NCBI GenBank assembly: GCA_043718025.1
Contig: JAYSWN010000177.1
Coordinates: forward strand, 1-49,846
Direction of reading: 5' to 3'
DNA from: Pseudomonadota bacterium
GTDB lineage: Bacteria > Bdellovibrionota > FAC87 > UBA2466
Length of the DNA: 49,846 nucleotides
The stretch's first letter is position 1. Each line of letters begins with the position of its first letter. The notes under the pieces were generated by a model. That model searched no databases. It had not been told where the DNA came from and saw only the letters and a list, made by a program, of their open reading frames with translations. Both the position numbers and the translations under genes were made by a program. This document shows positions 28,249 to 37,983 of the stretch, piece by piece.

Positions 28249-28857
28249 TTAGAATTTGAGTCCGGCTAAAAGCTTAAACCCGCGCGACCGGTAGTCGGCC
28301 GAATTCGAATCGATATCCGTGAATCCTAGAACGTAGCGGGCATTTACGAACAAGGCGCCCAGTTCAACACCGACTCCGGCCACTCCCGCCAGGTCAAACG
28401 ACTTGGGATCGAAGGAAGCCGTTGCGGCCGCTCCTCCTACCGTACCGGTGATTTGACGGGAGATATTCCACACCCCCATCGGGCCTGCGAATACGTAGGG
28501 CCGAATCGACCCTTCGAGAAAGGTAAGCTTCGCCAGTACCGGAAGCTCCAGCGAGTGAAAGTTAACGTCGGCCTTTACTCCGCCCGCGTCCACGAGATTC
28601 ATGCCGCGCCGACTGTAGTTTAACTCAGGTTGAATCGAGAAAATCGATAAGATGGGAATCTCTACGTTCGCTCCGATCGTAATGCCAGTGTAAGTGTTAC
28701 TGGATACTTGCGCGGGAGTCGTCGCAGTTTCGAAATTCATGCCCGCTTGAATACCAATGCCGGGCCCTTTTTTGTCGACTTGGGCTACTGAGGTGTCGGC
28801 AATTAGCGGGGCCGTGCTAAGAAGGGTCAAAGCAATAAGCTTATAGTTAAGTTTCAT
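28249..28857 (-). CDS. Outer-membrane beta-barrel (porin-family/PorT-like) protein
   Basis: Signal peptide; IQPELNYSRRG, LELPVLAK, RPYVFAGP, ARYVLG; C-terminal Phe. Confidence 0.85.
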   Translation of the reverse strand: MKLNYKLIALTLLSTAPLIADTSVAQVDKKGPGIGIQAGMNFETATTPAQVSSNTYTGITIGANVEIPILSIFSIQPELNYSRRGMNLVDAGGVKADVNFHSLELPVLAKLTFLEGSIRPYVFAGPMGVWNISRQITGTVGGAAATASFDPKSFDLAGVAGVGVELGALFVNARYVLGFTDIDSNSADYRSRGFKLLAGLKF

Positions 28858-28886
28858 TTTGTTACTCCGGTGAATAGAAATTTAGG

Positions 28887-29270
28887 TTACTGGTTTGAAA
28901 TTTGATCATTTTGTTTTGCGACCTCGTTTAGCCGGGCGTCGAGATCGCGTCCCACCGCACGGTTGTGAGACGTTAGCTCTTTCAGATCGAGCTGAGCCTG
29001 GTCGATTTTGTAGGACAACCGTTCAATCGTTTCCGATGCCCGGACTTGAGTAGATAGCTTGCCCGAAGTCGCGAATTCCGTTTTCAATCCTTTTAACGTC
29101 TTTTGAAAATCGGTCAGCTTGTCCTGAGCTTCGATGAGTCTCTCGTCAGTCTGGTTAATGTTTTTGCGGCTAGTGGTCACCTTGTCCATGCCGGTTGGTT
29201 GTTGCGAAGCGCAACCTTCCAGAAAGAGGAATGAGGTGAACAAAGCGGCCCGTAGTAGCGTGTGGTGCAT
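28887..29270 (-). CDS. Coiled-coil lipoprotein
   Basis: Lipobox LEGC; helical mature region; AAGGAG SD. Confidence 0.75.
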   Translation of the reverse strand: MHHTLLRAALFTSFLFLEGCASQQPTGMDKVTTSRKNINQTDERLIEAQDKLTDFQKTLKGLKTEFATSGKLSTQVRASETIERLSYKIDQAQLDLKELTSHNRAVGRDLDARLNEVAKQNDQISNQ

Positions 29271-29290
29271 AAATAGCTCCTTATAAATTA

Positions 29291-29320
29291 GGGAGAGACT
29301 CCTCCGAGAGAGTTTCTCCC
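29291..29320. other. Intergenic stem-loop inside the DUF1328 operon
   Basis: GGGAGAGACT...AGTTTCTCCC inverted repeat. Confidence 0.55.
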
Positions 29321-29336
29321 CAGTGAAAGTAATCAG

Positions 29337-29516
29337 TTAGGGAAGCTGGATTCGTTTGCCGGAAGCTAGGCTGACGACAAAGCTAATCAAGGCAAGCACC
29401 AGGAAAACGCCTAACAGCATGCGTCCCACTTCCATTGAAACACCGGCGATGCCAGTAGCCCCAAACAGAATCGCCACCAAGGCCAAAACAAAAAACATTA
29501 TTGCAGCTCTCAACAT
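29337..29516 (-). CDS. DUF1328/UPF0391 (YtjA-like) small membrane protein
   Basis: MLRAAIMFFVLALVAILFGATGIAGVSMEVGRML... family pattern; GGAG SD; start ATG 29516. Confidence 0.88.
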   Translation of the reverse strand: MLRAAIMFFVLALVAILFGATGIAGVSMEVGRMLLGVFLVLALISFVVSLASGKRIQLP

Positions 29517-29555
29517 AAAGTAGTTCTCCACTTGAGTCTCAGAGACTCGGGATTG

Positions 29556-30797
29556 TTATGTTGGGTTATTATGCAAGCCGTGTGCCAGGGCATCCGCTAC
29601 CGATGGTTTTCCAGTTTCGCTTATTGCTCTATTCACTACACTGATGAAACGACCGAGCTTCATTGGTTTGCGAACGACGTGCGCAACGCCTAAATTTCGG
29701 GCCCGGAGGAAGACTTCGGGATGGGCGGAGATAAGAATAAATTGTGGAGGGTTGGTATTACTGCTTTGTAGTGCCTGAATCAGATCCGCGCCCGTGGCTC
29801 CGGGTAGATCGTAATCGACCACGACCACGTCGGGGAGTCGCGCGGAGGCGCTTAAAGCCTGCAGTGCGTGGCTAACGGAATCAGCGTCAATGACTTGGTA
29901 GTTTTGATCTTCGAGTGCCGAGCGCATCACGCTTCTTAAGTCGTCGTCATCATCGACAATCATGACGCAGCCGTCCGTTACGGCGAGGTGGAATCTGTTC
30001 TCGATGGCGGTCGTTTTTTCGGGTAATGAGAACCAAAACGTAGTCTGTTTCCCTTGTTCACTCACTACGCCAATCTCGCCGCCGTGCACGCGTACGATCT
30101 CCTGAGCAATGTACAGCCCGAGCCCCGAGCCTTGCTTTTTATTAGTGGAGCACTGGAAAAACTTCGAAAAAATACGCTCGTGATCTGCTGCGGGGATTCC
30201 GGGGCCGAAGTCCTTCACGAAAAATTTGATCGACTGGCCCTCCCGTTCGATCCAAACCTCGATACGGCCGCCATCTTGACTAAATTTGATGGCGTTACCG
30301 ACAAGGTTCGAAACCACCTGAAAAATTCTTCGGGGGTCGAAGGACAAGGTCAGGTTTTCGGGGGGCTCGGCAAATACGATGACGATGTGTTTTCGCCGCG
30401 CAAGCGGCACGAAAAATTCGTTTAGCTCGCTCCAAAACGCACTCACGTCCACTTCGCTGGGCTCAATAAGAAACGTGCCCGAATCGATTTTTTGCCGATC
30501 TAGGACATCGCGTATGAGTAGGTCGATGCGCTCGGAGCAGCGGTGGATTTGTCTCAGCTTGATCTGGATGTCCTCTTCGGATAGCCGCGGCGTTCCTACC
30601 TTAGAGATCAGGGATTCGGTGGCCAGCTGAATGACGCTCAACGGGTTTTGTAAATCATGGCAAACTACCGCCAACAAATCTTCCCGCTCCTGTACCGCTT
30701 TTTCGTGCGCCTCAATTAGCTCATTCAATCGGCGGCGGTGTGCGAACCCGGGCAGAACGGCGAGGCGAAGTAGAAATCGGTTTATTGCGGCTCTCAT
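29556..30797 (-). CDS. Hybrid histidine kinase (HisKA-HATPase-REC) with no evident sensor domain
   Basis: H box CHDLQNPL, N box NLVGNAIKF, G boxes DFGPGI and GSGLGL; receiver VDDD...VDYDLPG...KP. Confidence 0.92.
   Translation of the reverse strand: MRAAINRFLLRLAVLPGFAHRRRLNELIEAHEKAVQEREDLLAVVCHDLQNPLSVIQLATESLISKVGTPRLSEEDIQIKLRQIHRCSERIDLLIRDVLDRQKIDSGTFLIEPSEVDVSAFWSELNEFFVPLARRKHIVIVFAEPPENLTLSFDPRRIFQVVSNLVGNAIKFSQDGGRIEVWIEREGQSIKFFVKDFGPGIPAADHERIFSKFFQCSTNKKQGSGLGLYIAQEIVRVHGGEIGVVSEQGKQTTFWFSLPEKTTAIENRFHLAVTDGCVMIVDDDDDLRSVMRSALEDQNYQVIDADSVSHALQALSASARLPDVVVVDYDLPGATGADLIQALQSSNTNPPQFILISAHPEVFLRARNLGVAHVVRKPMKLGRFISVVNRAISETGKPSVADALAHGLHNNPT
29572..29587 (-). promoter_or_regulatory. 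Sigma54 promoter for the DUF1328-lipoprotein-OMP operon, embedded in the kinase 3' end
   Basis: Minus strand TGGCACA-CGGC-TTGCA, near-perfect consensus. Confidence 0.82.
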
Positions 30798-30910
30798 AGT
30801 TCCTTTGGCATAATGGTCGTTGTTATAGGGTATTTTTCCCGATCTGGGGGAATAAAATACTTTTTTCGGGATAAATAGGACAATTTGAGAAAAAATGGTA
30901 AATAATCTCC

Positions 30911-32359
30911 ATGTCCCAGGAAATACGCCCCAAGTTGTTGGTGATTGAGGATGACGAGGATCTCGCCTCCGTCATCGGCAATTACTTCAAGTCCGCCGGT
31001 TATCACGTGGAGTTACGCCAGGATGCCCTAGGCCCGTTGAGCCGTTTCCGTAAGTCGGCCGGGGGGACTAGCCCCTGGGATCTCATCCTCACCGATCTCA
31101 AGATTCCCGGTATGGACGGAATCGAGTTTATTCGCGAGATGAAGGCGCTGGCCCCTTTGATTCCCGTTGTTCTCATGACCGCGCACGGAAGCATCGAGAC
31201 CGCAGTTAAGGCCGTTCGCGATGGGGCCTATGACTTCGTGCTCAAGCCATTAAAGTTTCCGGAGCTATCCGTAACGCTAACCCGTGCCTTGGAGCATCGT
31301 AAGTTGCGCGAAGATAACCTTTCTCTACGCGCGATTATTCAGGAGAGTGGTTCTCCGTCGGGGATCATTTCCAAGAGCCCGGCCATGAAGGCGGTTTGCG
31401 ATCTCGTGGCGAGAGTTGCCGGATCTAAAGCGACGGTGCTTGTCAGCGGCGAAAGCGGAACGGGGAAAGAGGTGGTCGCCAAGTCGATTCATCAACAGAG
31501 CCCGCGACGAGACAAACAGTTTGTCGCCATCAATTGCGCCGCGATTCCCGAAAATTTGCTGGAGAGCGAGCTGTTCGGGCACGCCAAAGGTGCCTTTACC
31601 GGAGCCATCGATAAGAAGATTGGACTGTTTGAAGAGGCAGACGGCGGCACGCTGTTTCTGGACGAGATCGGCGATCTTAGCGGCGCTCTCCAGGCCAAAC
31701 TTTTGCGGGTACTTCAGGAAAGGAAGATAAGGCGAATTGGCGAGAATAGTTCACGGGACATTGACGTTAGGGTGGTCGCGGCCACGCATAAAAATCTGAC
31801 GGTCGAAGTTTCTGAGGGGCGTTTTCGAGAGGATCTGTTTTTCCGGCTGAACGTCATTCCCGTTAAAATTTCACCGCTGCGGGAACGCCGCGAAGATGTC
31901 CTCCCCCTGGCGGAATATTTTCTGAAAAAATTTGTTCTCGCCAACAATAGCCCAATTAGCGGTTTTTCAAAAGCTGCCGCGGCCGAGTTGTTACGAAAGC
32001 AATGGCGCGGAAATGTGCGAGAATTGGAGAATACCGTCGAGCGCGCCGTGGTTATGTGTCGCGAAACGCTAATTGAGCCGGTTGACTTGATATCCGTTTC
32101 GGAATTTGAACTCTACCCGGTGGCCGCCCCAACTTCGTCTGTGGCCGCAATTTCTCCGGGCGGTTTCATTGGCGTGGCGTTCGATGCCACAGATGAAGAT
32201 CTGCCGACCCTGGAAGACTTAGGCGTGCGTTACGCGCAATGGGTGGCGAATCGGGTTGGCGGAATTCGGGAAAAGGCCCGGCGCATTTTGGATATCGATA
32301 GAAAAACCCTAGCGAGAAAACTGCAGAAGTTTGAGCCGAACGGCCCGGAGGCTCATTAG
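30911..32359 (+). CDS. Sigma54-dependent response regulator (NtrC/AtoC family: REC-AAA+-Fis HTH)
   Basis: IEDD...TDLKIP receiver; [37 protein letters not shown]-terminal HTH. Confidence 0.96.
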   Translation: MSQEIRPKLLVIEDDEDLASVIGNYFKSAGYHVELRQDALGPLSRFRKSAGGTSPWDLILTDLKIPGMDGIEFIREMKALAPLIPVVLMTAHGSIETAVKAVRDGAYDFVLKPLKFPELSVTLTRALEHRKLREDNLSLRAIIQESGSPSGIISKSPAMKAVCDLVARVAGSKATVLVSGESGTGKEVVAKSIHQQSPRRDKQFVAINCAAIPENLLESELFGHAKGAFTGAIDKKIGLFEEADGGTLFLDEIGDLSGALQAKLLRVLQERKIRRIGENSSRDIDVRVVAATHKNLTVEVSEGRFREDLFFRLNVIPVKISPLRERREDVLPLAEYFLKKFVLANNSPISGFSKAAAAELLRKQWRGNVRELENTVERAVVMCRETLIEPVDLISVSEFELYPVAAPTSSVAAISPGGFIGVAFDATDEDLPTLEDLGVRYAQWVANRVGGIREKARRILDIDRKTLARKLQKFEPNGPEAH

Positions 32360-32656
32360 TCAGCTTTCAATTCGCTTGAGCTCGGTGGCCACGATGTTGT
32401 CGAACTCAGCAATCAATCCGGCCAGTCTTTCGCTATCACCTCGGTTTGCGAAGTCCTCCAACCCTGTCCCAATGCGTTCCAGCGGTTCAATCCCAAACGT
32501 AACCGCATTTCCTTTCATCTTGTGCCCGACGCGGGCAATGGTTTCCCAATCTTTGGCCGCGTGGGCGGTGCGACAAGCAGCTACGTCTTTCGCGCGCCGA
32601 CGTAAGTAGGATAAAAGTAATTCGGGGGTAATCTCAGGGGAGCCGTATTCAGACAT
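32360..32656 (-). CDS. Stand-alone Hpt phosphotransfer protein
   Basis: VGHKMKGNAVTFG matches the Hpt HxxKG motif. Confidence 0.85.
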   Translation of the reverse strand: MSEYGSPEITPELLLSYLRRRAKDVAACRTAHAAKDWETIARVGHKMKGNAVTFGIEPLERIGTGLEDFANRGDSERLAGLIAEFDNIVATELKRIES

Positions 32657-32677
32657 GGTGCGGGAACGCTACGGCAT

Positions 32678-32693
32678 TGGCACTACCGTTGCA
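32678..32693 (+). promoter_or_regulatory. Sigma54 promoter for the 73-aa ORF
   Basis: TGGCACT-ACCG-TTGCA, 44 bp upstream of the ATG. Confidence 0.78.
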
Positions 32694-32737
32694 AACGTTT
32701 GGCGAATTAGAATTTAAATTAGATCAAGGAGTCGAGC

Positions 32738-32959
32738 ATGGATGTTTCCAATCCCGTACCTAGTGGCATAGATAAACCCGTGGCCTGTATCCCCGAAGAG
32801 GCGATTAAGGACAGCGATCGGCTACGTAAGCAAGTGGACTCTGTAGGTTCCTCACGCCCGCCTGTGGACAAATACAGCTCCGAAAAGGTTTCTCCGAACC
32901 AGCCAACCAACAAAGAGGTGAAGGCCGAGATTCCGGATGACTCGGTAAATCCGGGCTAA
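32738..32959 (+). CDS. Small, probably disordered hypothetical protein (73 aa)
   Basis: AAGGAG SD, upstream sigma54 site, P/S/D/K-rich. Confidence 0.65.
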   Translation: MDVSNPVPSGIDKPVACIPEEAIKDSDRLRKQVDSVGSSRPPVDKYSSEKVSPNQPTNKEVKAEIPDDSVNPG

Positions 32960-33040
32960 GTCATTTTCGAAGCTAAAACGAAAAATGCTGAATCAGTCTC
33001 GGCTCTACCTCAGCGTTTTCATATTAACTAAATATTAGGG

Positions 33041-33125
33041 TGGTGCTCGGAGAGAGATTTGAACTCTCACAGGTTTCCCTACACGGTCCTGAACCGTGCG
33101 CGTCTACCAATTCCGCCATCCGAGC
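33041..33125 (-). tRNA. tRNA-Leu(CAG), CCA encoded
   Basis: GCTCGGATGGCGGAATTGGTAGAC...CACGG-TT-CAG-GA-CCGTG, long variable arm, GTTCAAAT, ends CCGAGCACCA; 85 nt. Confidence 0.97.
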
Positions 33126-33225
33126 GCGAAAAAAAAGAATCTAGCGTCAATGCCCGCGACTCGCAAGGGGCAAGGATAGAAGGCTACGTTGCCAAGTTTG
33201 TGGAGGTCGCTTACCACTTAGCTCT

Positions 33226-33693
33226 ATGAGCGACGCTAAGTGCCTACAAGAAACCTACGCTCCGAAAAACGCTTGCTTTGGTTGCGGTCCGGCCAATGCA
33301 AAAGGGCTGCGCATTCGCAGTTTTGTTGATGGCGATGCGGTGGTGGCCGAATGGACGTGTGAGCCCCATCATGAAGCGTTTCCCGGTGTTCTCAATGGTG
33401 GCATTATCGGCTCACTGCTCGACTGCCATTCGAACTGGACGGCCGCTTGGCACCTCATGATGAAGAAAGGTGAGTCGCATCCGCCCTGCACGGTGACCTC
33501 AGATTACGCTATCAAGCTATTGCGGCCCACTCCCACCGATAAGCCCATCAAACTACGAGCCTGGGTTGTGGAATCCAGTAATTCAAAGGCAACCATCGCG
33601 GCGGAACTTTCGGTGGAAGGCAGTGTTTGTGCTACCTGCCAGGGAACGTTTGTCGCCGTAAAACCGGGTCACCCGGCCTATCACCGTTGGTAG
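33226..33693 (+). CDS. PaaI-family hotdog-fold thioesterase
   Basis: CFGCGPANAKGL, FPGVLNGGIIGSLLDCH, LRPTP. Confidence 0.88.
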   Translation: MSDAKCLQETYAPKNACFGCGPANAKGLRIRSFVDGDAVVAEWTCEPHHEAFPGVLNGGIIGSLLDCHSNWTAAWHLMMKKGESHPPCTVTSDYAIKLLRPTPTDKPIKLRAWVVESSNSKATIAAELSVEGSVCATCQGTFVAVKPGHPAYHRW

Positions 33694-33714
33694 TTTAATT
33701 AAGAGGTATTTCCC

Positions 33715-34566
33715 ATGGCAAAAATTGGCGCCCATATGTCTATTGCCGGAGGGCTTTCGCTTTCAATTGAGCGAGGAGACTCTCTAGGTTGTGAGGCTAT
33801 TCAAATTTTTGTGCAGAATGGCCGCACCTGGAAGTCTGCGCCGCTAGATCCGCAGAGCGTTCGCGACTTTAAATTGGCGGTAAAAAACGCCAAGACCGTA
33901 AAGTCGGTGGTGGCGCACAATAGCTACCTACTGAATCTCTCGACCGCGAACGAAGAGGTTCGCGAGAAGTCGGTGGGGTACTTCATCGATATTTTACAGA
34001 AGTGCGAAGAGCTCGAGATCGAAGGGCTTATTACCCATCCCGGCAGCCATTTGGGAGCGGGTGAAGCCGTGGGCGTGGCGCAAACTACTAAGAGTCTAAA
34101 CGAAGTGCTACGGGCCTGCCGCGGATTCACGGCTAAAATCTTGATCGAGAACACGGCCGGTCAAGGCGGCTGTATTGGCTACCGTTTTGATCACTTAAAG
34201 AAGATTGTGGAAGATTCGATTGAACCGGATGCCATAGGTTATTGCTTTGATACGCAGCACGCCTTCGCCGCAGGTTACGACTTGCGCACCGACGAAGCTT
34301 ACGAGGCCACTTTTTCAGAGTGGGACGAAAAGATTGGGCTGAAGAAAATTGCGGCGTTCCATTTGAACGACGCGCTAAAAGAGTTCGACTGCAAAGTCGA
34401 TCGCCATCAAAATTTGGGCAAAGGGTTTCTGGGTGAGCTGCCGTTCCGAAAACTCATGAACGACAAACGATTTAAGGACCGGCCGATGTGTCTCGAAACC
34501 GATCCCGGCGAAGAGATGGAAAATTATCAACGGGAGCTAGGCATGCTGAGAAGCTACCGGGCTTAA
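33715..34566 (+). CDS. nfo: Endonuclease IV
   Basis: IGAHMSIAGG, HNSYLLNL, HPGS, ENTAGQG, DTQHAF, HLND, DRH, LET. Confidence 0.96.
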   Translation: MAKIGAHMSIAGGLSLSIERGDSLGCEAIQIFVQNGRTWKSAPLDPQSVRDFKLAVKNAKTVKSVVAHNSYLLNLSTANEEVREKSVGYFIDILQKCEELEIEGLITHPGSHLGAGEAVGVAQTTKSLNEVLRACRGFTAKILIENTAGQGGCIGYRFDHLKKIVEDSIEPDAIGYCFDTQHAFAAGYDLRTDEAYEATFSEWDEKIGLKKIAAFHLNDALKEFDCKVDRHQNLGKGFLGELPFRKLMNDKRFKDRPMCLETDPGEEMENYQRELGMLRSYRA

Positions 34567-34581
34567 GCGGTAAGGGGTCGG

Positions 34582-35106
34582 TTAGATCTTCTTAATCACG
34601 TGTTCGAGCGTGGTGACCGCGCCGCCCGGCAAAACGTACTGGTAGTTTTTGAGCGCAATCGTGCCGTCGGGGCCAACTTCCCAGGTGAACTTCACCGGCC
34701 GACCAGAATCCAAACTTTGAATTGTGAAAGTGGCGCCGCCACCGTTATTCATCTTTTGAAATACTTTGGTTTTAGCGTCTTCAAGAAAAATATAGCCGGG
34801 ATCACAGCCGCCCTGCGGAGGGCAGTAACTAAAGGTGAACACCGCTTGGCCGGGTTCTAACTCTACGGAGCCTTGGGTGGGGTCGTGGGGCGCTACGCCG
34901 CCCGCTTTTAAAATGGTGTAGTTACCGACGATGCCGGTGAAGAAGGTGGGGCCGTCAACTTGAGTGCCTACGGTATTAGGCTCCTCGGGCACACCAATCA
35001 GCTCTTTGGTAGCGTCTGGAAAAGTGCCACAATCGTCGTTAGCTATGGATATGACTTGATGCGTTAGGAGGAATATAAACGACAAAGAGAAGGTGATCGC
35101 TTTCAA
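34582..35106 (-). CDS. Secreted hypothetical beta-rich protein
   Basis: GAGG SD, TTG start, signal peptide, three Cys. Confidence 0.65.
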   Translation of the reverse strand: MKAITFSLSFIFLLTHQVISIANDDCGTFPDATKELIGVPEEPNTVGTQVDGPTFFTGIVGNYTILKAGGVAPHDPTQGSVELEPGQAVFTFSYCPPQGGCDPGYIFLEDAKTKVFQKMNNGGGATFTIQSLDSGRPVKFTWEVGPDGTIALKNYQYVLPGGAVTTLEHVIKKI

Positions 35107-35215
35107 ACGGACCTCACTGAGTTACGAGTTATATTGGCTATACGGTCTAATTTACCGAATACTGCACGGGATAAGCGAATTTTGGCGAAATTGGGTGAAC
35201 AGGTGTTAAAAAATG

Positions 35216-35288
35216 TGAGCCGCGATGGATTCGAACCATCGACCCCATCCTTAAAAGGGATGTGCTCTACCAACTGAGCTAGCGGCCC
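35216..35288 (-). tRNA. tRNA-Lys(TTT), CCA not encoded
   Basis: GGGCCGCTAGCTCAGTTGGTAGAGC...CATCC-CT-TTT-AA-GGATG...GTTCGAAT...GCGGCTCA followed by CAT; 73 nt. Confidence 0.96.
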
Positions 35289-35372
35289 GCAAAAGAGTTC
35301 CAGACCATAACTAACGAGAATCGTTTCCGCAAGAGAAACGGTGCAGAAAAACACACAATTTTAAGATCTTGT

Positions 35373-36581
35373 TTACCGGCACTTGATCCTGGCGAATTTC
35401 CGTTTTCCGCACTGGATAACAAAACTGGCCGTCGTCGGGGCATAATTTTCACTCGCCGCTACCTGGCTATCGAGCTTTACCCCCCCTTGCGCCACCATTC
35501 GCTTGCCTTCGCTGGTGCTGGCGCAAAATTTGAGATCGGCCAAGAGTTTGGGCAGCCACACTGATTCCTTGATGGGGTAGTCGACTTCGGGAATGTCGTC
35601 GGGGATCTCTTTGCGCGAAACCACCCGCTCAAAATGTTCCATGGCGCCGGTCGATGCCGCCGTCGAATGAAAGCGCTCTACTATTTCCATGGCGAGCAGT
35701 GACTTTACCGATTTTGGGTTCTTGCCTGCCGCCAGGTCTGCAAAAAGCCCATCGATTTCGGTGAGGCTCTTGTTGCTCAACAAATCAAAGTACCGACGCA
35801 TCATGCTGTCGGGCAGACTCATTAATTTGCCGTACATGTCTTCGGGCTTGTCTTCGACGGCAACGTAATTTCCGAGCGATTTGCTCATCTTTTGAACGCC
35901 GTCTAAACCTTCGAGTAGCGGCATAGTGAGGCAAACCTGAGGTTCTAAACTATAGTGGCGCATCATCTCACGCCCGAGCAGAAGGTTAAATTTTTGGTCG
36001 CGTCCGCCCAACTCTACATCTGCCTTCAGTGCTACCGAATCGTAGGCCTGTAAAAGAGGGTACAAAAATTCATGAATGCTGATGCTCTGTTGTTCGGTGT
36101 AGCGGGTTTTGAAATCTTCGCGTTCGAGCATGTGGGCTACGCTGCATTTGGCGGCCAGGCGTACAAAATCGTATGACGTTAAAGGCTCTAACCACTCGCT
36201 GTTGAATCGCACTTTGGTTTTCTGCGGGTCGAGAATTTTGAAGACCTGGGTCTTGTAAGTTTCGGCGTTGGCCGCCACGTCTTCGCGAGTTAATTGCGGA
36301 CGGGTCTTGGACTTTCCCGACGGATCGCCCACCATACCTGTGAAGTCGCCGATTAAGAAAACACAGTTGTGTCCCAGACGCTGGAATTGGGCCATTTTTT
36401 GTAGCAAAACCGTATGGCCCAAGTGCAAATCGGGCGCGGTGGGGTCGAAACCGGCTTTGATTGTCAAAGGCTGGTTCTTAGTCACGGCCTTCTTCAATTT
36501 TTCGAGCAGGTCTTTTTCCGAGAGAATTTCGTCGGTGCCGCGTTTTAACTCTTTGAGCTGATCTTCTGCCGATAGCTTCAT
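35373..36581 (-). CDS. tyrS: Tyrosine--tRNA ligase
   Basis: [35 protein letters not shown]-terminal S4 domain. Confidence 0.97.
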   Translation of the reverse strand: MKLSAEDQLKELKRGTDEILSEKDLLEKLKKAVTKNQPLTIKAGFDPTAPDLHLGHTVLLQKMAQFQRLGHNCVFLIGDFTGMVGDPSGKSKTRPQLTREDVAANAETYKTQVFKILDPQKTKVRFNSEWLEPLTSYDFVRLAAKCSVAHMLEREDFKTRYTEQQSISIHEFLYPLLQAYDSVALKADVELGGRDQKFNLLLGREMMRHYSLEPQVCLTMPLLEGLDGVQKMSKSLGNYVAVEDKPEDMYGKLMSLPDSMMRRYFDLLSNKSLTEIDGLFADLAAGKNPKSVKSLLAMEIVERFHSTAASTGAMEHFERVVSRKEIPDDIPEVDYPIKESVWLPKLLADLKFCASTSEGKRMVAQGGVKLDSQVAASENYAPTTASFVIQCGKRKFARIKCR

Positions 36582-37396
36582 TCTAAATCTCCTTCGGACA
36601 AGTGGCCGCCGTCTACCGAGTAACGAAACCGTTCGATCGAAGTGGCTTTGTTGTTGTGAGCGATCTTAATCACCACTCCACCCACGCCGGGGTTTTCTTT
36701 GGCCATATGATACCCGTGCGACCGGCGGCTAATAAACTTTTTGATCACCGGCTCGGGCATCAGACCGATCACCGAATCAAACGCCCCGCTCATTCCCAAG
36801 TCGGTGATGTAGGCGGTGCCGCCGGGCAAGACCCGTTCATCAGCGGTTTGTACGTGCGAGTGGGTGCCCCACATTGCCGCGGTTCGTCCCGCCAGATGCC
36901 AGCCCATGGCGTATTTTTCGCTGGTGGCGTCGCAATGCATGTCGACCAGAATTGGCATGTGCGAAGGTGCCTCGGCGATGATCCGGTTGGCGGCTTGAAA
37001 GGGGCAGTCGATGTCATCCATGAACACGCGGCCCATTAAATTCACGAGGAAGATCTTTTTTTCTCCCTTGTGCACGATGGTGTAACCGCGGCCGGGGCAG
37101 CGCATTTCAACGGTGGTGGGCAGATTGGCGGGCCGAAGCAGCCGCTCTTCTTGATCGATGAAGGTTAATATGTCTTTGTTGTCCCATACGTGGTTGCCGG
37201 TGGTCATGGCGTCAAAGCCCATGGCCCGCATCTCATTAAAGACTTTACGATTGACCCCGCGGCCCCCCGCTAGGTTTTCGGCGTTGCCCACGATGAAATC
37301 GGGCTGATGAGAGGCAATTAAGTCCGGAAGGGCGGCGGCTACCGCCCGACGGCCAGGTTTTCCAAAAATATCCCCAAAGACCAACACGGTGATCAC
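36578..37396 (-). CDS. YmdB/TIGR00282-family metallophosphoesterase
   Basis: [49 protein letters not shown]. Confidence 0.93.
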   Translation of the reverse strand: MITVLVFGDIFGKPGRRAVAAALPDLIASHQPDFIVGNAENLAGGRGVNRKVFNEMRAMGFDAMTTGNHVWDNKDILTFIDQEERLLRPANLPTTVEMRCPGRGYTIVHKGEKKIFLVNLMGRVFMDDIDCPFQAANRIIAEAPSHMPILVDMHCDATSEKYAMGWHLAGRTAAMWGTHSHVQTADERVLPGGTAYITDLGMSGAFDSVIGLMPEPVIKKFISRRSHGYHMAKENPGVGGVVIKIAHNNKATSIERFRYSVDGGHLSEGDLE

Positions 37397-37409
37397 TTGA
37401 GTCTCAATT

Positions 37410-37970
37410 CTAGGGCATTACATTTCGCATGCCGGTTTCAGTGCAGAGGCCGGCCATCCTAGCATCGAAGGGCTCTTGATCAAGCGGTAGTTGCGAGATT
37501 TGGGCTTCAAACGCCACTCCGATACGAATGCCGGCGAATTTTGGCAAGAATCGATCATAAAAACCCTTTCCGCTGCCTACACGGGCCCCAAAAATATCAA
37601 ATCCGTAGCCGGGAATGAGCAGCACGTCAGTGCGGCTCCAATCGTCGGCGGCGGCGAGAGACGGTTTGGGCTCTAAAATACCGGCAAAGCCGGGTTGCAG
37701 GTCCGCCAGCGCCTTCACTTTATAGAAGGCGAGAGTCATTGCCTTGCCGTCGGCTTTGGGAAAAACCGCTTTGCCAAGGGAAAGAAGGGAAGTCACTTCG
37801 GGTTCCCAAGGTAAGGCGGCAAATAGGCCAATCTGTTTAGCTTGGAGTAAACGAGGATCGTTGAGAAGGTGCCGGCAGATCTCGGCACTTAGCTTTGCCT
37901 TCTGCTCTGGCGTGTAGGAAAATTGGCTTCGCCACTTTTGGCGAAGCGCTTTTTTGGCTAAGCCCGCCAT
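37410..37970 (-). CDS. 5-formyltetrahydrofolate cyclo-ligase
   Basis: GILEP, LIPGYGFD, RVGSGKGFYDRFL, EPFD. Confidence 0.92.
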   Translation of the reverse strand: MAGLAKKALRQKWRSQFSYTPEQKAKLSAEICRHLLNDPRLLQAKQIGLFAALPWEPEVTSLLSLGKAVFPKADGKAMTLAFYKVKALADLQPGFAGILEPKPSLAAADDWSRTDVLLIPGYGFDIFGARVGSGKGFYDRFLPKFAGIRIGVAFEAQISQLPLDQEPFDARMAGLCTETGMRNVMP

Positions 37971-37983
37971 CGACGATCCGCCT

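Noticed and set aside
25280..33041. Genomic island integrated at the tRNA-Leu 3' end
   Set aside because: The accessory-looking block abuts the tRNA 3' end, but I found no integrase and no duplicated tRNA 3' sequence (att) near uvrC or within the block.
35103..35354. 83-aa minus-strand ORF
   Set aside because: It overlaps tRNA-Lys entirely and is spurious.
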